Shown here in pieces: positions 54,920 through 64,000 of a DNA stretch of 64,000 bases. Below the pieces are notes generated by a model, which was not told the DNA's origin, did no database searches, and was given only the letters and a program-made list of their open reading frames with translations. Source of the stretch: Candidatus Zixiibacteriota bacterium (GTDB lineage Bacteria; Zixibacteria; MSB-5A5; GN15; FEB-12); the NCBI GenBank assembly GCA_036826635.1, contig DAISVY010000008.1, positions 64,292-128,291 on the forward strand, written 5' to 3'. Both the position numbers and the translations under genes were made by a program. Every line of letters starts with the position of its first letter. Positions within the stretch are counted from its first letter, which is position 1.

Positions 54920-57729
54920 CAGAAATTCCACCCGAAGAAAAAGTCAAAATCGAATTTGGGACTTACCGTTTCAAAGTCGGTGGTCCGCGTGAAATCAAAA
55001 CGAAGCTGGACAACATAGCCCAGATTAACCCGTACCCCGGCACCGAACGAACCCAGGAACCGGTCGAAATCATCGTCCCAGGCGTTACCGACATCGAAAA
55101 ACATTGCCCCGCGAATACCGCGGAAATCAAGACCGCCGATGGGGAAACCGATCAACAGAGCGTCAATAAGGGGGAAACGCAGTTCATTCGAGGCAAACAG
55201 TACATTACGATTATAGAAATGACGACGACCAAACCCCCGAAACGACCAGCTCCCGCCGAAATATATACGCTGAGGATCATAGCCCGCCGAGGAGTATGCA
55301 AAAAGGCGATTGGCCAGCGCGGAATAGCGCCCCAGGCGAAAATAATGGCGCACATCGGCAAAAGCCAGCCGGTTCCAACTACGACCCTCGTCAAGAGAGT
55401 AAGTCACCCCGGCTGAAAAATTGTAGCGACGACCTTCGATTGGTCCGGAGATGTCCCAGATTGAGTTGTCATAAACCCAGCTTAACAGACCGGTTACCAG
55501 AAACCCTTCCCGGTCTTCCTGCCCGTAACGCAGATCCTTCTTCTCATAGCGCACATACGTATTCAGGTCAAAGCGGTCGAATTTGGACACCGGGTACGAA
55601 AACATCCCCACCACCCCGGCCTGACGCTTATAGAAATACTGATCGTGGTCATTGTAGTACTCGTCGTAAAGATGAAACAGTCCCGCTCCCCAGTTCATCC
55701 GCTTTTCCCGATTGAGATAGCTGACCGCGACATTGAACGACGAGAGTATTTCGTCTTTGCTTTCGGCCGTGTTGGCCACCAGAAAATAGTAGGCATGGTT
55801 GCCCAGGATGTCAGACACGGCCGCCTGAACACCACCCATCGAACCATAGATGGGATCATAAGTAATCATGGACTGGGCAATATCGAACGAATAATCGGTG
55901 TCGTATCGTATCGAGGCCCGGGCGGTTTTTCCGTCGATCTGCCGGGGATACCAGCAGACGGAACCGGAATCGGGCGCCACGGTTGCAAGGGGCTGAGGAT
56001 CGGCGATCAGTTTCATGCTGTACACATGGTACTGCATATCCTGATAACCGGAGTAAATGAGCTCCGAACCGTCGGACGAAAGACGCGGATCATGCGCCCC
56101 CGTGACATAAGTCGACTGCCGTGTAATCTGACCGGAACTGTCGAGCAGAAAAAGATTGTACGAACCCAAACGGTCGGACGAGAAGAAAATCCCGTGCTCC
56201 GTCACCTCGGGCGTTTCGTCCCGGAAATTGCCGAAGGTGAGTTGTTTCACCCGGCGGCCGTTACGAAGGTCTATCTCGAATAAATTGACCGCTCCTTCTT
56301 CTCCGTGTGCACCCTGATCGGACGAAAAGACAATACGGCTGCCGTCCGTCGAAAAAGCCGGATCGATGTCGTTGTAAATATCCTCGGTGATGGCTTCGTA
56401 CTTACCGGTCTCCAGATGCAACAGGAAAATGTCCGCCTGCCCGCTCTTGCGTATACCGGAAAATACCACCTGCCGTTCATCGGGCGAAAAACGCGGTGAC
56501 CGCGCCGCCACCAAATCCTCGATACGATAACTGTCCGTCACCCGACTGCAATTCAGATCGTACACATACAACACGTCCCGGGCTTTGGATTTCGAAGAGA
56601 ACACGATCAGACCGGAGTTGGTGGCGTCAATCCCGGAGCGCAGCAGATAAAGCGATTCGAATCTGCTGGAACGTTCACCTTTTATCAACGTGCGAAGGCC
56701 TTTTCCGTTCGGCCGTCGCGGTTTGAGATATATACCCGTGTAGCCTCGGCGATAGGCCATGAAGACAAGCCACTCTTTGGTGCCATGACCGTCGTCCCAG
56801 GTAACAGGCACGCCTTTGACACAATAACCGTCGTAGGTCAGGCGGTCCGATTCCATTTCGGGCAAACCCAACTCGGCCATCTGCGGGTAATAACGTTTCT
56901 TCTGAGCATACTCCCATTTCGCCGAAAGCTCGTGAAGTCCGTCCCCGAGAGTATACCGGACGACCTCATCGAAAGTGCGCCCCTTGGTCCAGTTATCGAA
57001 CAGCCGGGTGAGTTTATCGGGACCGTACTCGTCGTTGATAAACATACACACGGACTGCCCCAGCTTGTACATGAAATAGCTTCCGCGAACCGTCCAGAAC
57101 TCGGAAATCGGCAGTAAGCCACCGCGAATGACCATATCCTTGATGATCAGGTCCGCCTCCGTATCCCAGCCTTCCGACCAGTATTCGGCGATGCCTTCGG
57201 TAAACCAGAGCGGCGGATAAAGGTAACGCGGACGAGACTGGCGTTCCATGCGCTCGGCCAGTTTCGAGAACATGAAAACATGCACCAGTTCATGCCGAAT
57301 GACATGAACGAAATCATAATAGGAACCGTAAAACGGCACCACCACTCGCCCCTTAAGAAATTCGGTAAAACCACCCACCGATTCCGGCAGAAGCTGCGTC
57401 ACCACGTTGGTCTGGGCGAAATGGCCGGGCGAGGAATAAATAATAAGCGGGATCTTTCGCGTTATCTCGTGGTTGAATTTCGCCGCCAGCGGGGCGTAGG
57501 CATCTTCGGCAATCCGAGCCGCAACGCGAGCGACCGAACCCTCGTCGACATAGAAATAGATACGGAAATGCTCCGTCGTCATGACCTGCCAGTCAAAACT
57601 GGCATACTGCACTTTGTTTTTACCGAAATAGAACTGCCCGACAGCCGGAGTTACCAGCAAACCGACCAGGGTAACAGCCAACAGCAGAGTGCCGAATTTC
57701 CGTATTCTGATATCCCTGAGGGGTGACAT
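54919..57729 (-). CDS. 936-aa outer-membrane protein: MA-clan peptidase-like domain, TolB-type PD40 propeller and C-terminal beta-barrel
   Basis: Signal peptide; HExxH (IRHELVHVF) followed by WFTEGIAEYW; PD40 repeats (SPRFSPDERQVVFSG, DPAFSTDGSRIVFSSD, DPRLSSDGSELIYSG); barrel ending FDFFFGWNF. Confidence 0.75.
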   Translation of the reverse strand: MSPLRDIRIRKFGTLLLAVTLVGLLVTPAVGQFYFGKNKVQYASFDWQVMTTEHFRIYFYVDEGSVARVAARIAEDAYAPLAAKFNHEITRKIPLIIYSSPGHFAQTNVVTQLLPESVGGFTEFLKGRVVVPFYGSYYDFVHVIRHELVHVFMFSKLAERMERQSRPRYLYPPLWFTEGIAEYWSEGWDTEADLIIKDMVIRGGLLPISEFWTVRGSYFMYKLGQSVCMFINDEYGPDKLTRLFDNWTKGRTFDEVVRYTLGDGLHELSAKWEYAQKKRYYPQMAELGLPEMESDRLTYDGYCVKGVPVTWDDGHGTKEWLVFMAYRRGYTGIYLKPRRPNGKGLRTLIKGERSSRFESLYLLRSGIDATNSGLIVFSSKSKARDVLYVYDLNCSRVTDSYRIEDLVAARSPRFSPDERQVVFSGIRKSGQADIFLLHLETGKYEAITEDIYNDIDPAFSTDGSRIVFSSDQGAHGEEGAVNLFEIDLRNGRRVKQLTFGNFRDETPEVTEHGIFFSSDRLGSYNLFLLDSSGQITRQSTYVTGAHDPRLSSDGSELIYSGYQDMQYHVYSMKLIADPQPLATVAPDSGSVCWYPRQIDGKTARASIRYDTDYSFDIAQSMITYDPIYGSMGGVQAAVSDILGNHAYYFLVANTAESKDEILSSFNVAVSYLNREKRMNWGAGLFHLYDEYYNDHDQYFYKRQAGVVGMFSYPVSKFDRFDLNTYVRYEKKDLRYGQEDREGFLVTGLLSWVYDNSIWDISGPIEGRRYNFSAGVTYSLDEGRSWNRLAFADVRHYFRLGRYSALANRLFAYSSAGYDPQRIYFGGSWSFRGFGRRHFYNRNVLFASNELRFPLIDALLIGFPIGGLDFRGIRGAMFFDVGNAWDDDFDRFLGSFGAGVRVNLGYVVQLRFDFTRTTDFETVSPKFDFDFFFGWNF

Positions 57730-57941
57730 ATTACCGTATGGGGCTTCGGAGGTTCCTTCACATCATTAACGGCTCGGCGAGAGCGACGGTTCCAATCGCC
57801 ACCGACCGCCGAAATCCGACGGCCGTACGATTATCCCTATATCTGCTGTATCGACCGCCGGCTCGCATAGTTGACTTCTTGCCGGATATCTCTCGGAAAC
57901 TCTCCCCGGTGGCCAGGTCGCCCGGTACCAAAAGAATGACG

Positions 57942-59528
57942 TCAGCCCACACCCGCATGTTCAATCCGGCACTCAACCGCAGCGAGCAGATTGTCGAACA
58001 CCAGTTGCTCGCCCCCGCGCCCGGACTCAATGAGTTGCTGAATCATCTTCGGTCCATACCCGGTCCGCACCAGACAGGATTCGGCCCCGATCACCCGCCC
58101 CAGGTACGCATCCACCAGCGAATCGCCCACCACCAGAGATCGGCGGAGATCAATTCCCAAATCCAGCGCGGCCGCCTCGGCCATCCCGGCCGCGGGCTTG
58201 CGGCTGCCACTTTCGCGCGCGAATTCGGTTACCCGACCGCGAGAATGGTAAGGACAGTAGTACAACCCGTCCACCTCCACTTTTTCCCGAGCCAGGATTT
58301 CGAGCAACCGACCGTTTACCCTCTCAACGTCTTCAATACCGAACAACCCGCGGGCCACCCCCGATTGATTGGAAACAATAACGATCTTGTAACCGGCGGC
58401 TTTCGCTCGTCGAAGAGCTTCGGCCGACCCCGGAATCAACTCCACCTGATCCGGATCGGACAGGAAATACTTATCCGCTATGATCGTGCCGTCCCTGTCG
58501 GCAATCAGCGCCGGCGAGTTGTCTTTGGTCGCGGCCAGCATTTCCTCGATTGTTCGGACCACGTCTTCGGGCGTTATGCCGGTAAGACAATAGCGCTCAT
58601 CGCGGATACAGGGACCTTCGCCATGCAGAGAACACGGTCGGCAGGCCTCGTCCACTTCGATTATCCGGTCATGCAACCCGCGCGGAGCAAAACCAAGCAC
58701 CGGATGAGTCGGTCCGAAAACAGCCAGCACCGGCGTACCGACCGCCGACGACAGATGGGCAACTCCGGAATCATTGGCCAGAGTAAGATCGGCCCGGGCC
58801 ATCACCGCCGCCAGCTTGTCTATGGGACAGTCGACCAGTTGTATCACGTCTTCTTCCGGCAACGAACCGGTCCACGCCACCGCGTGCGCATCGGCGGCCG
58901 TCAGAGCCCGGATTATCCGAATCCCATGCGATGAATTAAGCTCTTCGGCCACCGCCGCAAAACGTTCCGGCGGCCACTGCTTGACCGCATGAGCCGCCCC
59001 GGGCGCTATCACCACGACACGGTGAGCCGCAAAGAATTCGTCGCTGATCTCATCGGGAAGAGTCCCGACATGCATAACCGGCCGCCGACAGAAGACACTC
59101 TGTCCGATTTGTCGCAGGACATCATTGTATAAGTCGATAGTGTGAGGATATTCAGCGGGGAAAATCTTCTTCCGCACGGCTTGGCGACGTTCCCCTCGTC
59201 TCCGGGGATAAACCAGCCGGGTGTTGGCAGTCAGCAGCTTTCGTACACACCAGGAACGGAAATTGCCGTGAAGATCGACAATAAGGTCGAAACCGGTTTT
59301 GTCCAATTCAGTAAGGGTGGAAAACAACTCCCGGGCCGAGGCATGGTCGGGGACGGTTCTGATTTCGTCCACTCCGTCGAAACACTCCACGACCGGGCGA
59401 AAGCGTTCTTTGGTCAGAAAAACCAGATGGCTGCCGGGATTGTTAAGATGCAGGTTGAGCACCGTAGCTGAGGTCAGGACAACGTCTCCCAGCGACCCGA
59501 AGCGTACAACAAGGATCTTCTTCCGCAT
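57942..59528 (-). CDS. bifunctional glycosyltransferase family 9 (heptosyltransferase-like) / GmhB-type HAD phosphatase
   Basis: N-terminus MRKKILVVRFGSLGDVVLTSA (GT9 hallmark). C-terminal 185 aa carry HAD motifs IADRDGTII, VSNQSGVARG and VGDSLVD (D,D-heptose-1,7-bisphosphate phosphatase type). Confidence 0.75.
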   Translation of the reverse strand: MRKKILVVRFGSLGDVVLTSATVLNLHLNNPGSHLVFLTKERFRPVVECFDGVDEIRTVPDHASARELFSTLTELDKTGFDLIVDLHGNFRSWCVRKLLTANTRLVYPRRRGERRQAVRKKIFPAEYPHTIDLYNDVLRQIGQSVFCRRPVMHVGTLPDEISDEFFAAHRVVVIAPGAAHAVKQWPPERFAAVAEELNSSHGIRIIRALTAADAHAVAWTGSLPEEDVIQLVDCPIDKLAAVMARADLTLANDSGVAHLSSAVGTPVLAVFGPTHPVLGFAPRGLHDRIIEVDEACRPCSLHGEGPCIRDERYCLTGITPEDVVRTIEEMLAATKDNSPALIADRDGTIIADKYFLSDPDQVELIPGSAEALRRAKAAGYKIVIVSNQSGVARGLFGIEDVERVNGRLLEILAREKVEVDGLYYCPYHSRGRVTEFARESGSRKPAAGMAEAAALDLGIDLRRSLVVGDSLVDAYLGRVIGAESCLVRTGYGPKMIQQLIESGRGGEQLVFDNLLAAVECRIEHAGVG

Positions 59529-60302
59529 TCAGATGAAAAGATAAAGCCCTATCACACCGACCGCAAAGCAATAGTACGCAAAGTACTCGAATTTCCCGCG
59601 CCTGATCGTCGCCAGCACACCGTATACGGCGATAAGGCCGAAAACAAAAGCGGACAGAGCCCCGGCCAGATAATGCCACAGGCTCACGCTGTCAAGCTGT
59701 ATCAACTCTTCCGACTTGAACAAAACAGCCCCGGCAATAGCGGGAATAGCCAGCAAAAAAGAGTATTCGGCTGCCTCGCGTGGTTTTACCCCCAGCATCA
59801 TTCCGGTCGCTATGGTCGTCCCCGACCGCGATATGCCCGGCAATACGGCGGCGGCCTGGGCCAGTCCTATTATCACCGCCGAAAACCAGCCTACCGACTC
59901 TGCCCGTTTGGGAACAAAGCGAGTACTCAACAATACCGCCCCGGTCACCAGCAACATAGCCGAGGTAAAAACCGGATTGCTGAAAACACGCTCGAACAAA
60001 CCGTTGAAAATCAGCCCCAGAAAAGCAACGGGAAGCGTCCCCACGACCAGAAGAGCCAGCAGTCGACGCTCCGATTTCATTCCACGGACGAAAACAGAAC
60101 GGATCAGCCTGAATATCCGAGTCCGAAAATACACCAGTACCGCTACCAGTGTACCCAGATGAGCCAGCAACTCAAATATCACCCCGGGCGGGTTTACACC
60201 CATTATTTCCTGAACAAGAACAAGGTGCCCTGAAGAGGAGATGGGAAGAAATTCGGTCAGCCCCTGAATGATGCCCAGAAAAACAGCCTCAAGATAGGTC
60301 AT
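59529..60302 (-). CDS. uppP: undecaprenyl-diphosphate phosphatase UppP (BacA)
   Basis: 257 aa polytopic; GIIQGLTEFLPISSSGH and PGISRSGTTI motifs. Confidence 0.92.
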   Translation of the reverse strand: MTYLEAVFLGIIQGLTEFLPISSSGHLVLVQEIMGVNPPGVIFELLAHLGTLVAVLVYFRTRIFRLIRSVFVRGMKSERRLLALLVVGTLPVAFLGLIFNGLFERVFSNPVFTSAMLLVTGAVLLSTRFVPKRAESVGWFSAVIIGLAQAAAVLPGISRSGTTIATGMMLGVKPREAAEYSFLLAIPAIAGAVLFKSEELIQLDSVSLWHYLAGALSAFVFGLIAVYGVLATIRRGKFEYFAYYCFAVGVIGLYLFI

Positions 60303-60351
60303 GCCGTTCGGGCCCTGTGCGACGGGTTGCTGTCAATCAAGGCGTTTTTGC

Positions 60352-61005
60352 CTACATCACGTTCATATCAATACCGAAGAACACCCCGTCGTTTCCGTCG
60401 ATCTGAAACTCACCGTAGAGCCCCCAGACGGGTGTCATTTGCCACATGAGACCACCGTTGAGCCCCATTTCCAGATTGCTCTCGGAATCGTCTCCTCTGG
60501 CTCCGGCGGGCAGGTCCAGACTGATCGATTCCACCCGCGCATTGATTCGACCGTAGGGAATAATCGTGCTCTTACCCTCGTTGAAGACAATCGGGTAAGA
60601 GGCTATCGCCTGTGCCCCCACCTGCAACACCGACACCCCCTCCAGATCACTGTATTCGAAGAAACCGCCGAGAGAAAGATCGAACGGTTTATCACCGACC
60701 GGTGTCGCACTCCAGAACTGCCAGGTAAAATCGGCCCCCAATACAAGCTTGGCATCGCTGTAATCGGTATCAAGCAACCCCAGTTTGATCCGCCCATCGG
60801 TATATTTGGATAGCCCGTATTTGAAACTCCCGGTAAACGATGTGGCGTCGGCCAGACCGACACTAAATCCAAAAGTCCCCTTTCCCTGCCCTATCGCCTG
60901 GGCCGTGGTCAGTCCACCGAAAGCGGAGCCTACAGCATCCACCCCATATGCCGAACCAGCCCCTAACACTATCAAAACTACCAGGGAAATCAGTTGCCGT
61001 TTCAT
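60352..61005 (-). CDS. small outer-membrane beta-barrel protein
   Basis: Signal peptide MKRQLISLVVLIVLGAGSAYG, amphipathic strands, aromatic-rich C-terminus. Confidence 0.65.
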   Translation of the reverse strand: MKRQLISLVVLIVLGAGSAYGVDAVGSAFGGLTTAQAIGQGKGTFGFSVGLADATSFTGSFKYGLSKYTDGRIKLGLLDTDYSDAKLVLGADFTWQFWSATPVGDKPFDLSLGGFFEYSDLEGVSVLQVGAQAIASYPIVFNEGKSTIIPYGRINARVESISLDLPAGARGDDSESNLEMGLNGGLMWQMTPVWGLYGEFQIDGNDGVFFGIDMNVM

Positions 61006-61045
61006 ACCGATGTCCTTTTTTACTTATACCTTACCATTCAAAACC

Positions 61046-61074
61046 AACCTATTTTTCCCTTCTGCCAGTGTCAA
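61046..61074 (-). promoter_or_regulatory. sigma-70 promoter candidate for the OM barrel gene 60352-61005
   Basis: Minus strand reads TTGACA-N17-TAGGTT; perfect -35, weak -10. Confidence 0.35.
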
Positions 61075-61246
61075 TAAAAAACGCGACCGACCCGACGGCA
61101 ATAATAGTTGACAGTTCTCCGCTCGCTTTCTTTCTTCTGTGCCGACAGTAATTTGTATTCTTCGGGTGTCCGACGACGTCCGTTCACCATGGCCAGCCCA
61201 TGCGATCTGACGCACGCCAAGACAATAATCGGCAGGGAGACATCAC

Positions 61247-62638
61247 ATGGCGGACATACCTGCATTGAATAACTCTCTCCCGGGTACGACCGGGAAAACC
61301 ACCCGCGCTCATTGGAGCAGCCGTTTCGGTTTCATTCTGGCCGCATCCGGTTCGGCTGTCGGTCTGGGCAATATCTGGAAATTTCCTTATATCACCGGTG
61401 TCTACGGAGGCGGAGCGTTCGTAATCGTATACCTCGGCTGTGTCGCCATTGTCGGTCTTCCCCTGATGATTGCCGAATTCATGATCGGCCGTCACGCTCA
61501 GGAAAACCCGGTCGGGGCGTTCCAGCGACTGCACCGCAACGGTTCACCCTGGCAGATAACCGGCTGGCTGGGGGTTGCCTCGGGATTCATAATTCTCGCT
61601 TTCTACTCCGTCGTTGCCGGGTGGGCACTGGCCTATATTTTCAAAGCCTTGGTCGGATTCACCGGTACCCCGGATCAGATTCAGTCCCAGTTCACGGCCC
61701 TGATCGACAGCCCCTTCTGGTCAATCTTCTGGCACACCATCTTCATGGCCCTGACTATCGGCATCGTATTGGGAGGAATCCGCGAAGGCATTGAGCGCTG
61801 GTCGAAGATTCTCATGCCGGCCCTTTTGATCATTCTGATCGGCCTGGTTTTCTATGGCCTGTTCGATACCGACGGCGGCACGAGGGCAATCAATTTCCTC
61901 TTTCAACCGGACTTCTCCAAGCTTTCGGCCGAGGGCATGCTGTCGGCTCTCGGTCATGCCTTCTTTACTCTTTCGCTTGGAATGGGGGCAATGATCACCT
62001 ACGGCAGCTATATGGAGCGAGGCTCCCGACTGGTGCGTGACGCCGTGACAATTTCCATCTTGGACACGGTGATCGCCCTTCTGGCCGGGCTGGCCATATT
62101 CTCGATGGTTTTCGCCTACAATCTGGAGCCGGGCGCCGGACCGGGCCTTATTTTTCAGACGTTGCCGGTTCTTTTTGCCCAGACCGGACCGCTGATTTCC
62201 GTACCGTTTTTCATCCTGCTTACTTTTGCCGCTCTCAGTTCGGCGATATCGCTGCTTGAGGTCGTTGTCTCTTATTTCGTGGACGAACGAGGCTGGAGCC
62301 GAACCAAGGCAACCAGTCTGATGGGCCTTGTCATTTATGTCCTGGGGCTGCTGTGTGCCATCACGGCGATCAAAGTCCCCTTCAGAGGGTGCGAACAAGG
62401 ATTCCAGGACATATTCGATTTCATAACCACCAACTACATGCTGCCCGTAGGAGGTCTGCTGACCTGCCTGTTCGTGGCCTGGGTTATGAAACGCGCCGCG
62501 ATAGTCGAAGAATTGGGGACCTCGGGACCGTTGTTACACGTGCTCGTGTTCGTGCTGCGATACGTCACGCCGATTGCGGTCCTCTTAGTCTTGCTGCACG
62601 GCCTGGAGTTGTTACCGTTCATGAATTACGGACAGTAG
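61247..62638 (+). CDS. sodium-dependent transporter, SNF (neurotransmitter:sodium symporter) family
   Basis: WSSRFGFILAASGSAVGLGNIWKFPY signature; about 11-12 TM segments. Confidence 0.9.
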   Translation: MADIPALNNSLPGTTGKTTRAHWSSRFGFILAASGSAVGLGNIWKFPYITGVYGGGAFVIVYLGCVAIVGLPLMIAEFMIGRHAQENPVGAFQRLHRNGSPWQITGWLGVASGFIILAFYSVVAGWALAYIFKALVGFTGTPDQIQSQFTALIDSPFWSIFWHTIFMALTIGIVLGGIREGIERWSKILMPALLIILIGLVFYGLFDTDGGTRAINFLFQPDFSKLSAEGMLSALGHAFFTLSLGMGAMITYGSYMERGSRLVRDAVTISILDTVIALLAGLAIFSMVFAYNLEPGAGPGLIFQTLPVLFAQTGPLISVPFFILLTFAALSSAISLLEVVVSYFVDERGWSRTKATSLMGLVIYVLGLLCAITAIKVPFRGCEQGFQDIFDFITTNYMLPVGGLLTCLFVAWVMKRAAIVEELGTSGPLLHVLVFVLRYVTPIAVLLVLLHGLELLPFMNYGQ

Positions 62639-62665
62639 ATACTACCGCCACGAAATGACCGGTGC

Positions 62666-63778
62666 TCATTCGTCACCGCGAAGGTATCCCAGAGCCTGAC
62701 GCAACAGACGTTCCTTGTCGAAGCCTTCCAGTGAAGCGGTCTTGAGGTATTCGGCAAAAGCCTGATCGAGCTGCCCCACCGCCGAGCGACCAAACTGTGT
62801 TTGTTCCTGTTCCGGTTCCCTTTGAAAGCGTATATCCAGCGAGAAGGAACCGTGCTTCAACTCGGCCAGGGCATCGGCCGGCATGGTCTTGAGAGTCTCG
62901 GGCGACGCACTCTCGATATTGACCCGCACGATCTTGTCGGAACTGTTTATTTCCTTAAGCTGTTCGCGGATCATTTCAACCAATTGATCCCCCCGTTTGC
63001 CGGCCGCATTGATAACCGGAACATCCACCATCTCCCGGGTCGAAACTTCACGGAATCTCGTCCTGAACGGCTCCAGCTCGACCTCAACGTACCCCTTGGT
63101 GGCCTGACGCTCCGATTGCGATAGCCGCTCGGTAGACCCGCTGTAAAAAGCCCGTGGAGCAACCTGCACGAAATTGTGAAAATGCCCCAGAGCCGTGTAA
63201 TCGAAAGGCTCCATCGCCTTCAGAGGAATCTCCAGCTCGCCCAGATCGGCCATCGAAAACTGGGGCATCCCGGCCGCCACCCCATGCAGAATAAGAACGT
63301 TGAAATCCGCCTCCGGATCAGGCTGACAAAGGGCCAGTTGTTCCTGAAACGCCTTACCGGTAAGACAATGCGGCAGGGCAAAAAAACGGGCCCCCTTGAT
63401 CTCGAAAGTCTCCAGTTTGCCTCCGGCCGCTATGTACAGGTTGTCGATCTGACGAAAGACATCAAGTGCCGCACCTACGTGAGGTTGTCTGGGGGCATCG
63501 TGATTACCCGCGATTACGACAGTCGGAATACCGTGTTCCGCCGCCAGTCGGTGTAACTGATGCGCCGCAACCGCCATGATGGAGTTGAGCGGCCGCACGG
63601 TGTGAAAAAGGTCACCGGCATGAATACAGACATCCGGACGACAGGCAATGATGCTGTCGACAGCCTCCACGAAACTGCCGATTATATCCTCCTGGCGTTC
63701 CGTGAGTCCGCTGGGAGCGCGACGCGGATGCGTTTCCCCGGCACCGAGGTGACTGTCGGCAAGATGGCAGATTTTCAT
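62666..63778 (-). CDS. sbcD: SbcD/Mre11-family metallophosphoesterase nuclease
   Basis: MKICHLADSHLG, HAGDLFH, AGNHD and GHFH motifs in canonical order. Confidence 0.8.
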   Translation of the reverse strand: MKICHLADSHLGAGETHPRRAPSGLTERQEDIIGSFVEAVDSIIACRPDVCIHAGDLFHTVRPLNSIMAVAAHQLHRLAAEHGIPTVVIAGNHDAPRQPHVGAALDVFRQIDNLYIAAGGKLETFEIKGARFFALPHCLTGKAFQEQLALCQPDPEADFNVLILHGVAAGMPQFSMADLGELEIPLKAMEPFDYTALGHFHNFVQVAPRAFYSGSTERLSQSERQATKGYVEVELEPFRTRFREVSTREMVDVPVINAAGKRGDQLVEMIREQLKEINSSDKIVRVNIESASPETLKTMPADALAELKHGSFSLDIRFQREPEQEQTQFGRSAVGQLDQAFAEYLKTASLEGFDKERLLRQALGYLRGDE

Positions 63779-63864
63779 AGAACTGAATATACAAAGACAC
63801 GCCGCATCGCAAAATCACAAACGGTAACGAAGAAATAAAGCACGCCGCCGACCCGGGCGAGCGA

Positions 63865-64000
63865 TCAATAAAGACCGTACTTGGCTATTCGGTCTCGAAG
63901 AGTGTTACGAGAAATACCGAGCGTTTCCGAAGTTTTAACCTGGTTGCCGTTGAACTGCCGCAGGCAGGAGGCTATAACCGCTCGCTCCAGGGCCGATTCG
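63865..64000 (-). CDS. C-terminal Fis-type HTH of a transcriptional activator (N-terminus beyond the window end)
   Basis: My translation gives ESALERAVIASCLRQFNGNQVKTSETLGISRNTLRDRIAKYGLY*, the typical C-terminus of sigma-54 enhancer-binding proteins. Confidence 0.6.
   Translation of the reverse strand, partial: ESALERAVIASCLRQFNGNQVKTSETLGISRNTLRDRIAKYGLY

Noticed and set aside
61100-61246. Possible riboswitch (glycine or T-box type) in the leader of the SNF transporter gene
   Set aside because: I could not find the conserved cores of the glycine, T-box or other amino-acid riboswitches by eye. An Infernal/Rfam scan would be needed.

Overview
64 kb chromosomal segment, about 93% coding, with 65 CDS (all but 7 on the minus strand) and one tRNA-Gly(CCC). 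It looks like an uncultivated flagellated diderm: L- and P-ring genes, LPS-heptose genes and a T9SS-type C-terminal sorting domain are present. No taxon can be assigned without a database search.

Layout:
- 1-6.7 kb: rod/ring/hook-junction operon flgF-G-A-H-I-J-N-K.
- 6.9-8.7 kb: a small Cys-rich ORF and an oppositely oriented cohesin-like T9SS cargo gene.
- 8.8-15.5 kb: flgB-flgC-(unknown 106-aa ORF)-fliE-F-G-H-I-J.
- 15.7-17.2 kb: motAB.
- 17.3-20 kb: PAS histidine kinase plus sigma-54 activator.
- 20.1-25.4 kb: chemotaxis core cheR-REC-cheY-cheZ-cheA-cheB, with no cheW or MCP.
- 25.4-29.8 kb, directly upstream on the same strand: a stand-alone receiver, a 637-aa HEAT-repeat protein and a complete partner-switching set (STAS, RsbW-like kinase, GAF-PP2C) with no sigma factor gene.
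- 30-38 kb: housekeeping genes (der, DUF512 radical-SAM, tatC, nrdR, cutA, glyA, rpiB, ilvE).
- 38-47 kb: a dockerin-like secreted protein, a thiolase/hbd/acyl-CoA dehydrogenase trio, OM beta-barrel paralogs and small accessory genes.
- 47-51 kb: heat-shock operon hsp20-dnaJ-like-clpB.
- 51.5-57.7 kb: overlapping three-gene unit (OM barrel/TolB-propeller/MA-peptidase protein, BamB-like lipoprotein, 739-aa HEAT protein).
- 58-64 kb: heptosyltransferase-GmhB fusion, uppP, an SNF transporter and a lone sbcD.

I saw no CRISPR array, transposase, integrase, rRNA or recognisable defence genes.

Best leads:
1. The che-embedded REC + HEAT + partner-switch module.
2. A recurrent GTTMA-N15/16-GCCGATAY promoter-like motif in five intergenic regions.
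3. Sigma-54-type promoters in front of flgB, flgF and possibly the partner-switch and hsp20 genes.
4. The uncharacterised ORF wedged between flgC and fliE.
5. The three-gene OM/HEAT unit.

All functional calls rest on motif recognition by eye; no searches were run.
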